A DNA stretch of 63,854 nt, the filler included, from Nemertoderma westbladi (taxonomy: Eukaryota; Animalia; Xenacoelomorpha), in the NCBI GenBank assembly GCA_032718475.1. It is 3 parts of 3 records of this genome, joined end to end, with 100 filler letters (N's around TTAATTAATTAA, not from the genome) between each part and the next. Parts side by side here need not be neighbours in the genome. Positions count along the whole stretch, not along the records: positions 52,772 to 63,854 come from JAUCBJ010006084.1; 2 more parts are not named here. One strand, 5' to 3'. Positions 59,360 through 63,854 of the stretch are shown piece after piece. The notes below the pieces were generated by a model, which saw only the letters and a program-made list of their open reading frames with translations, was not told the DNA's origin and searched no databases. Each line of letters begins with the position of its first letter. Positions within the stretch are counted from its first letter, which is position 1. Both the position numbers and the translations under genes were made by a program.

Positions 59360-60835
59360 TGTAAATCCATATGCTTGTGGCGGCCGCGACTCACGCCCAC
59401 TCCGTGTTCTGATAATCCCGTTCAATCCTTCACCTGGTTGATTGTTCGGGGCATTGTCCGTTTCAACCCTCACCTCAACCTCACCCAGTTTTTTGCTTTC
59501 TGTACTGGATATCGTCTCGTTGTCGTTGTCGTCATCGGACTCTGAGTCGGTGTTTGCATTTATCTCTGGATCTGTATTAGTCTTGGGGGAGCTTGCTGTG
59601 CTATGTTCCCTAGCCAATCGCACGTCCTGCAGGTGCCTTCGAACCCCCTCTATAGTAGTGACTCATCGATTGTCTGGAATACCGTCGATCATTATTGGTC
59701 CCTTCCATCTCCTAAAACAGCGCCAATGACAATCTGGTTTGACGTAAACCCAATCGCCTGCTTTGTATGTGTTTATAAGCGCAGGTTGCGGTTCGTTGTG
59801 GCACTTAGTTACACCTGGTAATTTATTTATTTTGTTTCTTAGTACTTTTTCTAATGGCGTTTTCTTATCAATTCCTACAGTCCTGTTATACCAAAATGTG
59901 ACCTTGATAGGTTCCTTTTTCGTCCTGGCTGACCAGGATTTGATGGCTCTATGGATACCATCCACTGGGTTCCCTTTAGGCCTATAGGCACAAGTTAGTG
60001 TAAGTTTTACTTCCCATATTCTCAGAAATTCTTTAAACTTTTTGCTATGGAATGATCCATTATCGGTGATGATTTCATTGGGTGGTCCCCATTCTATAAA
60101 CACATTCTGTAGTTTTAAAATGACGCCATCTATTGATTTGTTTGGAACTTTGTGCCAGATTGTGAAATTTAAACAGCAATCTAATATAGTGACGTAGCTA
60201 CTTTGTTTAGTAACGTAGCTACTTTGTTTATAGTCTGTAAAATCAATTGAGAGGCGGTCCCAGGGCAGTTCCGTCTTTGCAGTTCCTGCCGGCATTTTAA
60301 CTGGCGGAGGGTCAATGCTTCGACATTCAGTGCAGTTGTTTGATATTGCTGCTAATATCTCCTTCTTTATTTGAACACCTTTAAGTTCTCTGTCAATTTT
60401 GCATAAGTCTTCTAAGCGATCAACACCAACGTGAGCAATATTGTGTAATTTTGTAGCTTGTTCCTTGATATCAACCTCGCTCATTGGTTGATTTGATTCG
60501 TTGGTTTCATCAACACCGATAGTTGCGGTTATAAGGGTCTCCTTCTCCTTATTGTAAGTGACATTTAGCCACTTCCTAGGAACAGGATAGCACATGTTGC
60601 TAGGTTAATAGCATCTACCCAGACATCACCCTCAATGCCAGTGCCGATTGGCCATTCACCTTTTACCGGGTCATCGAAACGTACATGCTTTATAATTTCT
60701 ATTAGTTTCTCACGTACAGCATCACTCACAATTCCATTCATAGGTACTGAGGCTGCCTGGCGTTGTAGCCAACTCAACGCGACCCTTAACCATCCTCCAA
60801 TCATATAATTCCCTCGCAGAATACCAACAATGGAC
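59360..60835 (-). pseudogene. Ty3/Gypsy pol remnant: RT-RNase H connection, RNase H largely deleted, integrase (HHCC + DDE core) and C-terminal tail
   Basis: GWLRVALSWLQR...DPVKGEW...VWVDA; LHNIAHVG...CTEC; PWDRLSIDFT; WGPPNEIITDNG; AYRPKGN; tail RTRSGRESRPPQAY; 21-bp duplication KQSSYVT x2. Confidence 0.85.
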
Positions 60836-61279
60836 AATGGACAATAAATCAGAAAAATAATTTCGACATATTTTCATATAATCATATCGACATATACACA
60901 AAAATGGTGTACCCCCCCCCCCCCCCCCCCCCTTAATTTATATGAGCAGGTTAGAGAGTGAGGCTTTTATAACAAAACAATGATAGTATACATAGTCTAT
61001 GATAGTATAATATAGTCTGCCTGTAGGCCTGAGAAATATATGTCACTTGTAAGCTTGAAAAAGTTGTAGTGTCAGAGTTTCTGAAATAAAAAGTCAATTT
61101 CTCCCCACCCTCTACACTGTGTAGGCCTACACTGTACCGTAGCCTAGAGTGTACGAACGTACATGCAGAATAATATAGGACCTAATATTTTAAAACATTT
61201 ACCAAAGATTAGTGTATATTTCTAGGTACCCTAAAACTCCTTCATCTACCCTGGGAAGGGCACGTAGAGTTTTCTCAAG

Positions 61280-61453
61280 TTATGCTGTATCTTCACAACG
61301 ACCCGTGGTCACTGTGACACTATCACTCCATCTGGACCACGGTTGAACGGCACCAGTATACGGCTTACTGCGAACCCGTATTTCGTAGGTGGTAGTATCG
61401 TTGAGGTTCAGAGCGACGTAATTAGTTTGACTTAAATCAGTGTAACTCAATTC
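61280..61453 (-). CDS. Exon encoding the C-terminal half of a WSxWS FN3 domain (class I cytokine receptor-like), ending in TAA
   Basis: ttatctttgatttcgatctcAG|GAA (phase 0): ELSYTDLSQTNYVALNLNDTTTYEIRVRSKPYTGAVQPWSRWSDSVTVTTGRCEDTA*. Confidence 0.8.
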   Translation of the reverse strand, partial: ELSYTDLSQTNYVALNLNDTTTYEIRVRSKPYTGAVQPWSRWSDSVTVTTGRCEDTA

Positions 61454-61882
61454 CTGAGATCGAAATCAAAGATAATTAAATTAAAACTTATTGTACAGTA
61501 AATAGGATGTCAGGCCATCATAGTGCTACTGTATGTATAGTGTATACCTTAGGTAAAGAATAGTGCTATAGGAAAAAACTGTACTTCAATTGATTGTAGT
61601 CTAGCAGTTATTGAGATTATTTAAATATTTAATTAAAACAAAAAAAAAAATGCTAAAAAAACATTTAATATTAATACAAAATGTATACCATAGATGAATA
61701 TTGCCACCAGAGAGAGGGTCATCTGGTAATGGCAAGGCAAGGGATAGTTCAAAAATTTATAGAAGATCATTGCTGATGTTCTTCGGTGCACTTGAACACT
61801 CGGATAACTCTCCAAGATAACTTTTACAGCATTGAAAATTGAATTGGTTATGCATTCTATGACACGGTCCTCTCCACATTTT

Positions 61883-61968
61883 TGGGGTGATGAATAATTG
61901 TTTGTGGGGGATGAATAATTGTTTTTGGGGGATGAATAATTGTTTTTGGGGGATGAATAATTGTTTTT
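61883..61968. repeat. 21-bp unit x4 (intronic)
   Basis: GGGGGATGAATAATTGTTTTT in tandem. Confidence 0.9.
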
Positions 61969-62424
61969 AGTGAGAAGGATATTCAAAATTGTGGGATACG
62001 AATTGGTGCTACAAAAAAATATATTTGGTGCAAAATAATTTATTTTGGTGTTAAATCATTTAATTTGGGGCGGCATTCAATTAGTGGCGTATATAATATA
62101 TATCTCTGATCGCACAAGTCGCAGACCGGTATCAGTAGCCCCTTATGGCTATAGCTATATGTACAAAAAGTTGGACCCGCTATCGGTTAAATCGCCAACT
62201 GCGGTTCTGCACGTTCGTCTTACTTCTTACTATAGCCAACATTAGCTGATTGTCAACTGAGAATTGATAATTGCACCCAATAATGGAGGCATTATACAGT
62301 AGAGTTGATCCGCCCTACTCATTGGCTGTTAAGTAACATAACACAACTATGCTTATGGAGGCCCATCGCTATCATGTATTTTAATGGATTTTTTAATGTA
62401 TAACATTTTATGTGTTAATTGTGA

Positions 62425-62583
62425 AATTGAAAATCAATCACAATTGAAAATCGAAAATCACAATTGAAAATCGGATATCGCATTTGAAAATCGAAAATCA
62501 CGATTGAAAAACGGATATCGCATTTGAAAATCGAAAATCACAATTGAAAAACGGATATCGCATTTGAAAATCGAAAATCGCAA
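62425..62583. repeat. ~20/40-bp tandem repeat (ATTGAAAATCGAAAATCAC / ATTGAAAAACGGATATCGC)
   Basis: Visible periodicity. Confidence 0.85.
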
Positions 62584-62696
62584 TAAAATACAAAATACAT
62601 CGTATTTGGACAATTTGTATTATGCATATGACATATATGTATATGTGTTATAATGTATTATGCATATGATTTGCCTAGCTCCATGAAGTGACTCAC

Positions 62697-62860
62697 CTCC
62701 GAGATGTTTGTATTTTTGACTTGGGCCTGATATTTCAGGGGTGTATAAACCATATCGTTTATGTCGGCGGGTTGTAATTGTGTGTAATTTGTTGGTGGTG
62801 ACCAGGAGAATGCAATCAAGTTGGTGGTAACAAGATGAACCGTTACATTCTCTGGGGCGT
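62697..62860 (-). CDS. Exon encoding the N-terminal half of the same FN3 domain
   Basis: tcatttcAG|AC GCC CCA ... TCG GAG|GTGAGT; 164 nt, phase 1 to 0: (D)APENVTVHLVTTNLIAFSWSPPTNYTQLQPADINDMVYTPLKYQAQVKNTNISE. Confidence 0.8.
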
Positions 62861-63854
62861 CTGAAATGACTGTGGTAGAATAATTAATCATTACGATCAA
62901 TAATTTTTAATAATATATTTAATTGAGACAGGGCGGGGGGGGGGGGGGGGGGGGAGACTATGTAAGATAAAAAATGTACAAATGTAATAATTTACAATAA
63001 TATAATAAATACAATAACTGTAAATAAATAAAATCTGAAGGTATATGGTTTTTTAAGATCACTGATCAGGATGAAACTATGTTTCTAACGGTTCTCGATG
63101 AAACTACAGTAAGTAATAAATATTTCTGGTAATGTAAACGTAATTTTGATGCTTTTCTGGTGCCAAAGAACGTAAAAGTAGCAAAAATTTACAAACTTTT
63201 AAATTTTGCCTTGGGTTTGGTAATTCTGACAGTAAACTCATTTTCAAGGTCACGATACAACTCGCTAAAAGCCATTCGTGGTAACGCAAATATGGTTCGG
63301 AAATGCTATATTTTCCAGTGTCATATTCTATATCCCCCCGTACCCCAATGGACACATTCAAAATTAACGAGAATTTTCTCGAATCCATAAAAACTATAGA
63401 AAATTTTAGCACGAGAAAGTGCCAGAAAGGGACGACATCACGAAAACTAATATAGCCATCTTAATTAATAATAATATCTCTGTTGAATAGCTCATTAAAT
63501 TTTAGGAAAAGTCACGGAATCTCGGTTTTCCAACAAACCTGACTCAAAGATAGAGATGTATTACAAAACAAAATATAAAATGACCCCCCCCCCCCCCCCC
63601 CCCGGGCCAAATAGGGATTAAGTCTTATATTACAATTCTGCAGGCCCTAATATCTTTTGATGGGACTATAGCGTTACATTTAATTTATTAGTAGTAGTGG
63701 TCTAATTGTTCACCTCTATCTTTTTTAAATTGTCGTTAATTCAAGGCTTTCATACGGTATAGCCTTGTAGGTAGCTCAGAAAGTGATCTTTTGCATCCCG
63801 ATTTTACATTTTATATCCAAGTTTTATTTATGGGTTTTATTAATGCAATTACAT

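Noticed and set aside
58880-61110. Inverted GAAATTGACTTTTT motifs bracketing the Gypsy remnant as TIRs
   Set aside because: Only a 14-bp internal match; outer termini and TSD do not agree.
63104-63412. Upstream exon of the cytokine-receptor-like gene
   Set aside because: No FN3/Cys pattern or convincing splice sites; looks like non-coding transposon interior.

Overview
Eukaryotic, AT-rich, intron-containing DNA, most likely from an invertebrate metazoan, with two scaffold gaps (28662-28761, 52672-52771). Three host genes are supported. (1) A 2826-aa NO VEIN-like protein (sacsin-type GHKL ATPase plus C-terminal DUF3883 nuclease-like domain) with its whole CDS in one exon, on the minus strand. 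(2) The last two exons of a plus-strand gene for an uncharacterised Cys/Trp-rich domain (32048-33628). (3) Two minus-strand exons (61280-62860) encoding an FN3 domain with a WSxWS motif and a stop right after it, suggesting a soluble class I cytokine-receptor-like protein. The ORF track misses genes 2 and 3 as spliced units. The rest is repeat-rich: a 7-unit ~1.29-kb Helentron/HINE-like array, a ~4-unit 1.7-1.8-kb composite array carrying a Gypsy RNase H fragment, several minisatellites, MITEs with clear TIR/TSD (Sola-like, TA-TSD, hAT), tRNA-SINE pieces, a BEL/Pao-like gag ORF and a Gypsy pol remnant. A cluster of five APE-type non-LTR retrotransposons from two related families has an unusual architecture: an N-terminal zinc finger, a xKH endonuclease motif and a Cys/His-rich C-terminus. 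All family assignments come from motif recognition by eye; no searches were run.
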